64,000 bases of DNA from an uncultured Candidatus Saccharimonadales bacterium. Its GTDB lineage: Bacteria > Patescibacteriota > Saccharimonadia > UBA4664. Position numbers and translations under genes: made by a program. Positions 9,658 to 19,362 of this stretch are shown here, one piece after another. The stretch is from NCBI GenBank assembly GCA_964609585.1, contig CAZSRA010000002.1:46820-110819 (forward strand), read 5' to 3'. Each line of letters opens with the position of its first letter. The first letter of the stretch is position 1. A model generated the notes under the pieces. It saw only the letters and a list, made by a program, of their open reading frames with translations. It was not told where the DNA came from and made no database searches.

Positions 9658-10191
9658 ATGGAAGCCCGCCAGGCCTCACGACCCACCCACCAACTTCCCT
9701 CATGGGCCCAAAGCCTGTGCGTCACACCCGCCTATTTCCTGCGTAGAACCGAAAGGATTCAGCCTGTCTGGATCTATCACGGTGGTACTCTCATCGATGT
9801 TGGTGAGGTTGCCGTTATCGACTACGCAGACGGGCCGGTGTACTGGCTCTCCCTCCTCGGGAAATGCCTTATCGATGCGCCCGACTTCGTCGAGGACCTC
9901 AGCAGGATGGAGTGGTCCGTCTACCTTTCGGCAAGCATTGAAGACGAGTATCTGTACTGGCTTTCAATGGCCGTAACAACCTTTGATCGGGGTGACCAGT
10001 ACGCGCTTCAGTCCTGGCTGCGCGGAATGCGTGATCCCACCCTGGATGACATGGAAGGTCTGCGGGACCGACTCCTCAGAGTGATCCCACTGACCTTGCG
10101 CCAATTCGTCGACCAACGGTTTGACGAGCGAGCCTCATCCGCCGAAAGGCTGGTGAATGTACTCTATCTGCTAAGGAGGTTTGCAGGCTAG
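9658..10191 (+). CDS. Hypothetical protein (GC-rich cassette)
   Basis: CAGGAG SD before ATG 9658; strong hairpin CTCCGGCCGGTG...CACCGGCCGGAG immediately after stop. Confidence 0.65.
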   Translation: MEARQASRPTHQLPSWAQSLCVTPAYFLRRTERIQPVWIYHGGTLIDVGEVAVIDYADGPVYWLSLLGKCLIDAPDFVEDLSRMEWSVYLSASIEDEYLYWLSMAVTTFDRGDQYALQSWLRGMRDPTLDDMEGLRDRLLRVIPLTLRQFVDQRFDERASSAERLVNVLYLLRRFAG

Positions 10192-10300
10192 GTTTTGCGG
10201 TGGCGCTCCGGCCGGTGTATAGAAGCACCGGCCGGAGGTCAGCCCGAGTTGCTAATATTTTAGCGGTTCAGGTTGACGAGAAAACTCTTTGCCTATCCTC

Positions 10301-10329
10301 TTGAGTTTGGATGCGCAAAATGCTATTAT
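10301..10329 (+). promoter_or_regulatory. tRNA promoter TTGAGT-N17-TATTAT with TGn extension
   Basis: About 40 nt upstream of tRNA. Confidence 0.6.
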
Positions 10330-10369
10330 TTACCGGTTCGAACATAATATGGCCCCATATACAACATGA

Positions 10370-10444
10370 GGTCCCATCGTCTAGCGGTTAGGACAGCGGA
10401 TTTTCATTCCGCCAACCGGGGTTCGACTCCCCGTGGGACTACCA
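10370..10444 (+). tRNA. tRNA-Glu (anticodon TTC)
   Basis: Acceptor GGTCCCA/TGGGACT, anticodon stem GCGGA/TCCGC with loop TTTTCAT, GTTCGA T-loop, encoded CCA. Confidence 0.97.
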
Positions 10445-10569
10445 AAGAAGACTCAGAAGACGCTTCCGGGTCTTTTTTGTTATTTGCGAACCTGTATCAT
10501 CAAGCGCTTGGGCTAAACAAGACGAAGCCCCCTTGATGTGATCTCGGGGGCCTTTCGTTCGTCTGAGAG

Positions 10570-10890
10570 TCAGTTGCCGGGGCGGGCGCAGTTGGCATGA
10601 CCGCACGGCGGCAGCTCACCGGAAACCACTTGGCGCATGACATCGAGCACCTTCATGGTCGCCTCCAGCAAGGCGCCGTTGAGGATCTCGAACAGGCACT
10701 TGGCGGTCTCTCCGCTGGTGATGATGCCCGCGATACCACGCAGGTGCAACGCGACCGCCTGACGAACCTCTGTCGCGATCTCGAGCTGGAGATCGGGGGG
10801 GAAGGACAGGTACCGCTCCTGGAGCGGCTGCGGCGGTGTCCAGCTGAACTGTCCCACGGCGGGGTCGTCGATGGTGAAGGTGAAGCTCAA
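10570..10890 (-). CDS. Hypothetical protein (GC-rich cassette)
   Basis: AAGGGAG SD 8 nt before TTG 10890; C-terminal CGHANC. Confidence 0.6.
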   Translation of the reverse strand: MSFTFTIDDPAVGQFSWTPPQPLQERYLSFPPDLQLEIATEVRQAVALHLRGIAGIITSGETAKCLFEILNGALLEATMKVLDVMRQVVSGELPPCGHANCARPGN

Positions 10891-10961
10891 GGTGATCACT
10901 CCCTTGGGTAGGGGCGGACGAACGAAAAATAAGCCAATGAGCAGGGCCATTAGCTTAATCT

Positions 10962-10990
10962 AGCATAACATAATTTAATATTTTAGTCAA
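10962..10990 (-). promoter_or_regulatory. sigma70-like promoter TTGACT-N17-TATGCT
   Basis: Near-consensus, AT-rich spacer. Confidence 0.7.
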
Positions 10991-11137
10991 TTTTGGACTC
11001 TTGCATTCCGCTTTAGGCTCCACTCCCTGCGGGAATGCCTTTAAAGCAGTTGTACCTCTTAGCGTGTCGTACCACTCGGCTAGCTCCTATAAGATATAGT
11101 TCCAGTTCGCTACCAGGTGGACTACCGGGAATTATTT

Positions 11138-11166
11138 AAAAACAGGCTCAACTGGGGCCTGTTTTT
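11138..11166. terminator. Bidirectional intrinsic terminator
   Basis: AAAAACAGGCTC-loop-GGGCCTGTTTTT. Confidence 0.7.
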
Positions 11167-11198
11167 GCGTATCATGGGTATAGATCCAGGTGAGCTTG

Positions 11199-11837
11199 CT
11201 AATGTGTGGTCAACGTTTGCACCGAGAATCCGGGGCAAGCCTGGGTGGCAAGCGAAACGAGCAGCGCGGCGGTTTGGTTTGGCGGGTAGACTTTGAGGTT
11301 GGTAGAGGTGGTGCTGCAGGTGCCAGGGGCAAAGTTGCCGGCGTCGGGGAAGCCAACGGCTGACGCGGCCGAAGCACCGGGCGCAAGGGTGATGAGCGCC
11401 CCAGCGGCACCGTCGCGCGCGGCGGGCGAACCAAGCTGCGTGCCGGCGGCATCGACGAGCGACACGCCGGGGAAACCTTGGACGGTACAAGTGGTGGTGC
11501 CGCGATTGGTGAGGATGAGCTGGCGGTATTGAGTGCCGGCAGTGCCGCCGCCGGTAGCGTCGAGGGAGCCGGCGAGGCTTGCGGTGGAGCATTCGGTGAT
11601 GGGCGTTGAGGTCGGGATTGGGGCTGAAGGAGTTGGTGTGGACGTTGGACTTGGCGAGGCCGCAATACTTGGACTGGGGGTGGGAGTGGGAGCGTTGGAG
11701 GCATGACGATGGTCGCCGTGGTAGATAGCGTATGCCAAGACTAAGAAGACAAAGAACGCAACTGCGATAATCGTTAGCCTACTGAGTGTGAGCCAGTTTG
11801 AGCTGGAAGCTTTTTTCGTTTGCGACTTTTTTGCCAT
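11199..11837 (-). CDS. DUF4232-like membrane-anchored protein
   Basis: TM, Pro/Thr/Ser linker, then C...GGTAG....LILTNRGTTTCTVQGFPGVSL...LKVYPP. Confidence 0.8.
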   Translation of the reverse strand: MAKKSQTKKASSSNWLTLSRLTIIAVAFFVFLVLAYAIYHGDHRHASNAPTPTPSPSIAASPSPTSTPTPSAPIPTSTPITECSTASLAGSLDATGGGTAGTQYRQLILTNRGTTTCTVQGFPGVSLVDAAGTQLGSPAARDGAAGALITLAPGASAASAVGFPDAGNFAPGTCSTTSTNLKVYPPNQTAALLVSLATQACPGFSVQTLTTH

Positions 11838-11920
11838 ACCTACGTACCTTTAAGTTGCTTAATGGTTATGCTTTTAAAATTAGGCTGATTTCCCGGAAAA
11901 ACAAGTGCGCGCGGCACTCG

Positions 11921-13150
11921 CTATAGGCACCCGCTCGTAATGGGTCCGGCGGTGGCATAGACATTCTGAGCGTCAACTTCGATGAGACGAACGGTAATCG
12001 AATACATGTCGCCGCCATTTAGATGAGGCATGCGAATGTACGAGGTGTCGGTGTCGCTGCCCGCAACGGTGAAGTCGTGGGTGGTACTTGCATAAAGGGT
12101 GGCTCCGCCGGAAGAGCCACTTGTGATGGTATAAACGGCCTCAACGCTGCCACTGCCATTTACACTAAAAGGCGCTTGCAAAACCATGCTGCACTCATTT
12201 GTAAAAATGCCGTCTTGGCTGTTTGAACTTGATAGGGTGCCGGGCGTGATAGTGGACATGTAGGGCGGATCCAGGCTCTGGTGTAGTGCCTGGGGAGCGG
12301 CGCAGCTGCTAATGACAGTGGGACCAGCTGTGGTAGTGATGGCCCCGTTGGCTTGGCTGGTGATGGTGACGCTCACACGATAGCTATCCCCGGCTTCGAG
12401 GCCCTGGGCGGTATCGTGTTGGGCGTCGGTCTTGCTGCCGGCAGCGCTGAAATTGTAGACGACGGGATTGTCGATGTAGCTGCTGGTTTTGGTGCTGAGC
12501 ACTTTCCATACGACGGCGACACTGCCGCTGCCGTTAGTGGTAAAGGTGACGGATTGGTTCAGCGCGCAGCTTGTAGCGTTGTATGGGCTGGAAGTGGCCG
12601 AAAATGCGGTGACGGCGATGGCGCTCATGGGGCCGGGCGGAGGGGGCGTTGGAGTGGGTGCTGGGGTGGATGTTGGGGCTGGGCTCCTCGTGGGCGTGGG
12701 GCTGGGTGTGCCCGGTTTTGGTACGGGCGACGGAGTGGGTGATGCGTTTTGCTGAAGGGCTTGTTGTTGAAGAGCGGCAATTTGGCTGGACGCAGCTTTT
12801 GCACTCGTATTTTGGAGAGTTTTTAAGAGGCTTAGCGCCGCTTCAGGATTATGCTGGCGCAAGAGTTCTTGGACGCGTTGGAGCTTAGTGTTGTTATCTA
12901 TGAGCGCCGCATTACGTGACTGCTCGGTTTTGATTTGGCTCTGGAGACTGGGGAGGAGGAGAATCTGGCGGATTGACTGAAGCGCTTGGCGAGCGCTCGC
13001 GTAATTTCCAGCTTGATCTTGCTTTTGGGCTTTGATGAGGCTCGCTTCGGCAGTGTAATTGTGCCAGCCAAGGAGGAGAAAGGTCGCTATGAGGACGATG
13101 CTCAGGCTGAGTATGAGGATTAATTTTCGGGGTATTTTTTTTCGACTCAT
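11921..13150 (-). CDS. Surface protein: TM, helical region, Pro/Thr linker, two tandem beta-rich repeats
   Basis: NGSGSV, AGS.TD, GD.Y and TAGP..(I)S.C elements each occur twice. Confidence 0.7.
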   Translation of the reverse strand: MSRKKIPRKLILILSLSIVLIATFLLLGWHNYTAEASLIKAQKQDQAGNYASARQALQSIRQILLLPSLQSQIKTEQSRNAALIDNNTKLQRVQELLRQHNPEAALSLLKTLQNTSAKAASSQIAALQQQALQQNASPTPSPVPKPGTPSPTPTRSPAPTSTPAPTPTPPPPGPMSAIAVTAFSATSSPYNATSCALNQSVTFTTNGSGSVAVVWKVLSTKTSSYIDNPVVYNFSAAGSKTDAQHDTAQGLEAGDSYRVSVTITSQANGAITTTAGPTVISSCAAPQALHQSLDPPYMSTITPGTLSSSNSQDGIFTNECSMVLQAPFSVNGSGSVEAVYTITSGSSGGATLYASTTHDFTVAGSDTDTSYIRMPHLNGGDMYSITVRLIEVDAQNVYATAGPITSGCL

Positions 13151-13193
13151 AAGCGTGGGCGGATGTGGGTTTATTATACCTTATACTAGAGGC

Positions 13194-14249
13194 ATGAACG
13201 ACACATCTTCACTCATCCGGCTTCCTGGTCTTATTGATATTCACGTGCATTTGCGCGACCCTGGGCAAACGCATAAGGAAGATTTTTTTACCGGAACGAG
13301 CGCGGCATTGGCCGGCGGGTTTACCCGGGTATTTGATATGCCAAATAACGCTGTGGCCGTGACGACGCCCGAGGTGCTAGACGGAAAACTCGCGAGTGCA
13401 CGGGGACAAATTGTGAGCGATTTGGGCGTATATTATGGCTCGCTGGGCGATAATGTGGAGACGTTTGCGGGGGTGCAGGACCGGGTGCGGGGGCTCAAAT
13501 TGTACCTAAATGTGACGACGGGCGGGTACAAGATTGATGCGGCGTATTTGACGAAGATTTTTACGGCCTGGCGCAATAATGAAAAACCGATTTTGCTACA
13601 CGCGGAGGCGGATGTGATTGGCGTGGCGCTCGGGGTGGCGCGCGAGACAGGCCAGAAAGTGCACGTATGCCATGTGTCTTGCCGAGCGGAGCTTGAGCCG
13701 ATCTTGCAGGCAAAACGTGAGGGCGTGGACGTGACATGCGGGGTGACGCCGCATCATTTGTTCTTGACGGAGACGGACCGGGAGCGGCTGGGGAATTTTG
13801 GTGCGGTGAAGCCGGAGCTTAAATCCCAGAAGGATCTGGACTTTTTGTGGGAGCATTTTGACGAGATTGATGTGGTGGAATCGGACCACGCGCCGCACAC
13901 GACAGCAGAGAAAGAGCAGGGCACGTTTGGGTTTCCGGGGCTGGAGACGACATTGCCGCTACTCTTGCAAGCTGAGCGCGAGGGCAAGCTTACGCGCGCA
14001 GATATTTTGGCAAAGTTGGACGAAGGGCCACGGCGGATTTTGGGGCTGCCGGCCGAGGCAGATACGTTTGTGGAAGTGGAGCCAGTGGAGTTTGAAATTA
14101 ACGCTAAAGGTATGAAATCAAAAGCCGCCTGGACGCCGTTTGAGGGGCGGACAGGCTTTGGGCGGGTGAAACGGGTGACGCTACACGGGGCGGTAGCGTT
14201 CGAGGATGGAGAGGTGCTCGCTGTACCCGGGAGTGGACGGCTGCTTTAA
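13194..14249 (+). CDS. pyrC: Dihydroorotase
   Basis: DIHVHLRDPG, AALAGGFT..FDMPN, SDHAPH; ATG 13194 follows TATACT by 6 nt. Confidence 0.9.
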   Translation: MNDTSSLIRLPGLIDIHVHLRDPGQTHKEDFFTGTSAALAGGFTRVFDMPNNAVAVTTPEVLDGKLASARGQIVSDLGVYYGSLGDNVETFAGVQDRVRGLKLYLNVTTGGYKIDAAYLTKIFTAWRNNEKPILLHAEADVIGVALGVARETGQKVHVCHVSCRAELEPILQAKREGVDVTCGVTPHHLFLTETDRERLGNFGAVKPELKSQKDLDFLWEHFDEIDVVESDHAPHTTAEKEQGTFGFPGLETTLPLLLQAEREGKLTRADILAKLDEGPRRILGLPAEADTFVEVEPVEFEINAKGMKSKAAWTPFEGRTGFGRVKRVTLHGAVAFEDGEVLAVPGSGRLL

Positions 14250-14332
14250 GAGGCCTTCTTAAGCTTGGAGTCGTCAAGACGGGCTTTGATTTTAGCTACA
14301 TTACCTCTTTTTGGGAGGTGTCTTAAAAAGAG

Positions 14333-15766
14333 GTGAATATGATCAGGAACATGAGAGAAACACTGCGACGTCATCGTTGGGCCGCAGGTGTAATTAGTGC
14401 ATCGACGCTCGTGATGGTGTATTACGAGCTTACGGGTTATGCTCATTTTTTGTGGCCGGTGTTGGATTTGGGGCTGTTTAACCGGCATTTGTGGGGCCTG
14501 GCTCATTTTAGTTTGAGCGCAAATCCGCTCAAAGGTATCAATCTTTTGGCCGATCACGCTCATTTTATCTTGGTGGGATTGGTGCCGTTTTATTGGATCT
14601 GGCCAAGCCCGGTGGTCCTGCTCGTAGCGCAGGCTTTGGCCGTAGGGTTGAGCGGTATCCCCTTCTATTTGTTGGCCCGGCGGGTGACGGGTTCGCGACT
14701 AGCGGCGACGTTGTGGCTGCTGCCTTACTACAGCTATTTTGGGTTTTGGGCTATGCTGGGCTACCCGTTTCATGAGGTGGCGCTAGCGGTGCCGCTTTTA
14801 ATGCTCGCTTTGTACTGGCTCGTGACCGGTCGGTACGTGGCAATGGCGGTGAGTTTGATGGCCCTGATGCTCGTGAAGGAAGATATGCCGCTAGTAGTGA
14901 TCATGTTTGGCCTCTATCTGCTCGTGATTAAGCGGCACTGGAAATTGGGTTTGGGTTTAATGGTGGTGGCTGCAGGTTATTTCGGCTGGTTGATGGACTT
15001 CTGGTTTCCGCTTATGAATCACGGGACTTATATTTATGACAACACTTCGTTTGGGCACGGGTTTGGCGGCATTGTGCGGGCAGTATTTTTGCGGCCAGTG
15101 GCGTTTGTGCAGGCGTTGTTTCTACCGGCGACGAAGCTGCGCACTGTTGGGCTTATGCTGATGTCGTTTGGGGTGGTTTTGCCGCTTTTGGGGCTAGAGT
15201 TTTTCCTATTGATTATCCCTTTGTGGCTGGGACGTTTCCTAAGTACTCAAGACTGGCGATGGTCCCCCACCGAGCACTATTCGGCCGACCAGGGGCCGAT
15301 TTTGGCAGTAGCGGCCGTAGTGGGTGGAGCCCGGGTGTTGGGCTGGCTCCCCAAGATACCGCGGCGATGGGGATGGTCGGCGCTCGTGGGAATTTGTCTG
15401 ATCGGCAGCCTATACCCAGCGCTGAGCGATCGACCGCATTATCTTGGCTATCTGTTTGAACGGCATTTTGAGGAAACGACGGCCGCTGACGTTTCGGTAA
15501 ATGAGGCGATGAAGTTGATACCAAAAGATGCGTCAGTGGGGGTGCAATCGGCTTTTCCGCAGCTTACGAGTCGAGAACAGGCTTATAATCTGCCGGTGGA
15601 TCTTACAAAAACGCGACCGGACTATCTCCTAATGGGTCTGCCGTTTGATTTTTATGGTTTTAGCTCGCAGCAAGCCATTATGGATTACGTTACTGCGGCC
15701 GAGCAGCACGGAGGATACCGAGGTGTTTATGACCGGAATGGGGTTTTCTTGCTTAAACGCGACTAG
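14333..15766 (+). CDS. DUF2079-like (GT-C type) membrane protein
   Basis: DLGLF, DH, FHE, KED motifs; many TMs. Confidence 0.75.
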   Translation: MNMIRNMRETLRRHRWAAGVISASTLVMVYYELTGYAHFLWPVLDLGLFNRHLWGLAHFSLSANPLKGINLLADHAHFILVGLVPFYWIWPSPVVLLVAQALAVGLSGIPFYLLARRVTGSRLAATLWLLPYYSYFGFWAMLGYPFHEVALAVPLLMLALYWLVTGRYVAMAVSLMALMLVKEDMPLVVIMFGLYLLVIKRHWKLGLGLMVVAAGYFGWLMDFWFPLMNHGTYIYDNTSFGHGFGGIVRAVFLRPVAFVQALFLPATKLRTVGLMLMSFGVVLPLLGLEFFLLIIPLWLGRFLSTQDWRWSPTEHYSADQGPILAVAAVVGGARVLGWLPKIPRRWGWSALVGICLIGSLYPALSDRPHYLGYLFERHFEETTAADVSVNEAMKLIPKDASVGVQSAFPQLTSREQAYNLPVDLTKTRPDYLLMGLPFDFYGFSSQQAIMDYVTAAEQHGGYRGVYDRNGVFLLKRD

Positions 15767-16859
15767 CTTGTGAAGCTTTAATGTCCATCGCGAGGTCCGG
15801 ATTCCACATGGCGCCGGTGGCGGACTGGACGAGGTTGGCCCCGGCTTTGATGTACTCATGATAATCGGCTGGGTTCATAACGCCACCAACGCCAATGATT
15901 TCGTATTTGAGGTCGAGCTTAGTGCGGAGGACGGCAAGGCGGCGGACCATATCGAGGCCGGCCCATTTGATACTGGCTCCGCAAAGTCCGCTTTTGAGGC
16001 GGCCGGCGCCGGGAAGGGCTTGCTCCCCTTTTTCATTAACTATTGGGGCGGCGATGGTGTTGATGGCAGCGATCCCATCGACGTAGGGAGCCATTTTGCG
16101 CACGACGGTTTCGAGGAGATCTTGCTGCTCGGGGCTGTAATAGCCGATTTTAACGAGTAGCGGCGTGGGTCCGGCGGCCACTTTGGCGCGGCGACAGATC
16201 TCCTCCACGGCCTCGGGGTTATAGCAAATGACACCTTCGCTGGCGACGTTTGGGCATGAAAGATTGAGCTCGATGGCGCGCGCTCCGGCCTTTGCAGCCA
16301 TTCTCGTGACTGTGGCAAAATCGTCATAATATTCGGTTTCGGTGAAGCCGGGCTGGATAGTGCCCTGGACACTCATAATTACAAGTTGGCCGCGGTTGAC
16401 GGCGGCGAGGGTTTTTTTGAAGTCGCTCATCCAAAAGTCGGGGCCACGCGAGGGCACACCAAAGGAGTTGGTGATCGTGAATTCCTGAGTTGGCCGGGTC
16501 GTAGTGGTGCGGCCCACGAGCGGGCGAGCGGCTTTTTCGAGGGTGAGATCACCTTCGACGTCCACGTAAAGAACATTCGGGAAGGCGTTGACCTCGAAGG
16601 CCACGCTGCGTTGAGTTTTGTAGGTAATAACATCGAAGCCTTTTACGAGGGCGGCGATGACGTATTTGGCGTTCAAGAGTGGGCCGGCCGGAATGCCAAA
16701 GGGCAGGTAAATGGGGGCACCTAGGAATTCAAATTTGGGACGGCCAGAGTTATGAAACGGTATGGGGGCGGCAAAATCGCCGAAGGGGCCATGGTCGAAA
16801 TTGTCGGCATAGGATTTGGCCGGATCATAGATGGGTGGTTGGCTTTGGAGAGTTGACAT
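15753..16859 (-). CDS. pyrD: Dihydroorotate dehydrogenase
   Basis: KT, NSFG, ELNLSCPN, INT, GVGG; next to pyrF/pyrE. Confidence 0.85.
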   Translation of the reverse strand: MSTLQSQPPIYDPAKSYADNFDHGPFGDFAAPIPFHNSGRPKFEFLGAPIYLPFGIPAGPLLNAKYVIAALVKGFDVITYKTQRSVAFEVNAFPNVLYVDVEGDLTLEKAARPLVGRTTTTRPTQEFTITNSFGVPSRGPDFWMSDFKKTLAAVNRGQLVIMSVQGTIQPGFTETEYYDDFATVTRMAAKAGARAIELNLSCPNVASEGVICYNPEAVEEICRRAKVAAGPTPLLVKIGYYSPEQQDLLETVVRKMAPYVDGIAAINTIAAPIVNEKGEQALPGAGRLKSGLCGASIKWAGLDMVRRLAVLRTKLDLKYEIIGVGGVMNPADYHEYIKAGANLVQSATGAMWNPDLAMDIKASQASRV

Positions 16860-16877
16860 GGTACCTTAAATGGTAGC

Positions 16878-17720
16878 ATGAATCTGGACGACGGCAGAAA
16901 CGAGAATTTTGTCGCTAAGCTGACGCAATCGGTGGAGCGATCGAATTCGCTGTTGTGCGTGGGACTGGATCCAGGTTTTTCGAAATTGCCGGCGGCAACG
17001 CGGGATCAGTTTGAGTTTAATAAAGCTATTATCGACGCTACGCACGATTTGGTATGTGCGTATAAGCCGAATCCCGCATTTTACGAGGCGCGGGGAGCTG
17101 AGGGTGTGGCGGCGCTGAAGCGCACATGCGACTACATTAAGGCCGAGTATCCAGAGGTGCCGATTATTGTGGATGCGAAGCGCGGCGACATTGGCAATAC
17201 GAACGCTGGGTATGTGGAGTATGTGTTTGATTATTTGGGTGCCGATGCCGTGACAGTGGCGCCTTACATGGGTTCGGAGTCGCTGGGGAAATTTTTGGAG
17301 CGTGGCGATAAAGGCATTATTGTGCTGTGTCGAACTTCGAATCCGGGGGCGGCGGAGTTCCAGGATTTGCTGGTAGAGGGCGAGAAGTTGTACGTGCATG
17401 TAGCGCGGCAAGTCGTGAACACCTGGAATGAGCGCGGCAATTGCCTGCTCGTGGTGGGGGCAACGTATCCGGACGAGCTGCGCGAAGTACGCGAGATTGT
17501 GGGGCCGGACATGCCGCTTTTGATTCCGGGCATCGGCGCGCAGGGTGGCGACGTGGCGAGCACCATGGCGGCGGGACTCGGTGCGAGTGAGCGCGGGCTA
17601 ATCATTAGTTCGTCGCGGGGGATTATTTTTGCTTCGAGCGGAGATGATTTTGCGCGTGTAGCGCGGGCTGAGGCTAGGAAGTTGCGCGATGAGATAAATG
17701 AATATCGAAAGGGAGTTTAG
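16878..17720 (+). CDS. pyrF: Orotidine-5'-phosphate decarboxylase
   Basis: LCVGLDP, DAKRGDIGNT, RTSNPG, PGIGAQGG. Confidence 0.95.
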   Translation: MNLDDGRNENFVAKLTQSVERSNSLLCVGLDPGFSKLPAATRDQFEFNKAIIDATHDLVCAYKPNPAFYEARGAEGVAALKRTCDYIKAEYPEVPIIVDAKRGDIGNTNAGYVEYVFDYLGADAVTVAPYMGSESLGKFLERGDKGIIVLCRTSNPGAAEFQDLLVEGEKLYVHVARQVVNTWNERGNCLLVVGATYPDELREVREIVGPDMPLLIPGIGAQGGDVASTMAAGLGASERGLIISSSRGIIFASSGDDFARVARAEARKLRDEINEYRKGV

Positions 17721-17722
17721 CA

Positions 17723-18367
17723 ATGAAGGGTGATGAGATTAAGCAGCTACTGATTAACTGCGGTGGCTGGCTCGAAAATGATCATTTTGTGGGCACAACG
17801 GGTAACCATATGAGTACCTATATTAACAAGGACGCGCTATACCCGCATACGCAGTACGCTTCGAAATTGGGTGAGGCGATGGCGGTAGCGATGGCCGAAT
17901 GGGACCCGGAGGTAGTGGTGAGTCCGGCGCTAGGCGGGATTGTGCTCACGCAATGGTCGGCCTTTCATGTGAGCAAACTTTTGGGTCGTGAGGTGCTGGC
18001 GGTGTACGCCGAGAAGTCCGATGGGCCGGAGAAGTTTGCCTTTACCCGCGGCTACGACAAGCTGGTGGCAGGTAAGCGAGTGGTGGTGGTGGAAGATAAT
18101 TTGACCACGGGCACGTCGGTGCGAAAGGTGGTGGAACTGGCACGGGCGACGGGCGCTGAAGTGGTGGGCGTTGTGGCTATGCTCAACCGCGGTGGAGTAG
18201 ATGTGGCGGCAGTGGGCAATCCTCCACATTTTGCGGCAATTATTGAGGCCGATTTGAAGTCTTGGCCGGCTGACGAATGTGAGTTGTGCGCCAAGGGGAT
18301 ACCAGTGAATACGAAGATCGGGAAGGGGAAGAAGTTTTTGGAGGCGCAGCGCGCGGCGGGTAAGTAA
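17723..18367 (+). CDS. pyrE: Orotate phosphoribosyltransferase
   Basis: VVVEDNLTTGTS PRPP motif; operon with pyrF. Confidence 0.9.
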   Translation: MKGDEIKQLLINCGGWLENDHFVGTTGNHMSTYINKDALYPHTQYASKLGEAMAVAMAEWDPEVVVSPALGGIVLTQWSAFHVSKLLGREVLAVYAEKSDGPEKFAFTRGYDKLVAGKRVVVVEDNLTTGTSVRKVVELARATGAEVVGVVAMLNRGGVDVAAVGNPPHFAAIIEADLKSWPADECELCAKGIPVNTKIGKGKKFLEAQRAAGK

Positions 18368-18445
18368 GGTCTGATCTTCCAAAAAATGGCAATGCACCGT
18401 AGAAATTCGGGTGGTCATTTTTTAATGCGTGTATAATTTGAGCCT

Positions 18446-19282
18446 ATGCAAGTCTCTGAACTTATCTGTCCGAACTGCCGCTTGGCCCTAAGGCGCGAGG
18501 GGCGAGCTATGCGCTGCGAGAATGGGCATAGTTTCGATGTGGCGCGCGAGGGCTATGTGAATTTGCTCGTGGGCAAGCGGCGTGTGGGAGCGGCGGCTGG
18601 CGATACCGCGACAATGGTGGCGGCGCGGCGAGCGTTCTTGCAAAGGGGATTCTACGAGCCACTGGTGCAGGAACTAGCGACAAGTGTGAATGGTGGCCTA
18701 GCTCACAACCCGGGCGCAGTGGTGGATGTGGGGTGCGGGGAGGGATTTTACTTGGGCGAGCTGGTGAAAAAACCGGCGTTGGCAAACATGCGAGCATATG
18801 GTACGGATATTTCGAAACCAGCAATTGCCATGGCAGCTAAAGCTCATCCGGAAATAATGTTTGCCGTAGCTGACACGAATCAGTTGATTCCCTTGGCGGG
18901 TGGGGCGGTGGATGTGCTTTTAGACGTGTTTGCGCCTCGGAACGCGGCTGAATTTATGCGCATAGTGCGACCCGGCGGGCGGGCGGTAATTGTAATACCG
19001 GGCGATGAGCATTTGGCGAGCTTGCGCGAACGCTTTCGATTGCTGGCCATTGAGCGCGATAAAGCGGCGAAGATTGCCGCTCAGCTGGAGGATTTTGAGC
19101 TGATGAGTTCGCGGCGAGTTTCTGTGCAGATGCAGCTTGATGGGCAGGGGCTACGCGATTTATTGGAAATGACGCCGAACGCCTGGTTTATGAACGAAAC
19201 AACTCGTGGTGAAATAAGCAATGTGAACGATATCTCCACCGAAGCCTGTTTTGAAGTGCTCGTATTTACTCGTCGCGGTTGA
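18446..19282 (+). CDS. RlmA-like rRNA m1G methyltransferase
   Basis: CPNC...CENGHSFD.AREGYVNLL zinc finger; DVGCGEGFY; MTP. Confidence 0.85.
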   Translation: MQVSELICPNCRLALRREGRAMRCENGHSFDVAREGYVNLLVGKRRVGAAAGDTATMVAARRAFLQRGFYEPLVQELATSVNGGLAHNPGAVVDVGCGEGFYLGELVKKPALANMRAYGTDISKPAIAMAAKAHPEIMFAVADTNQLIPLAGGAVDVLLDVFAPRNAAEFMRIVRPGGRAVIVIPGDEHLASLRERFRLLAIERDKAAKIAAQLEDFELMSSRRVSVQMQLDGQGLRDLLEMTPNAWFMNETTRGEISNVNDISTEACFEVLVFTRRG

Positions 19283-19362
19283 GCACTTGCGAGACGATAC
19301 CGGCAGACGGCGGATTTACCGCTTTGGGCTCCCCATCACCAGACACCTGCCGTATAATAGCT

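Noticed and set aside
10370-10444. tRNA-Glu as an integration site for flanking GC-rich genes
   Set aside because: No integrase and no duplicated tRNA 3' end seen
4151-11073. GTCGTACC octamer in two cassette leaders and at about 11066
   Set aside because: Short, and absent from the other cassette leaders; chance cannot be excluded
11590-12740. GGGGT/GGAGT-like short repeats
   Set aside because: Explained by Pro/Thr/Ser linker codons of the two surface proteins
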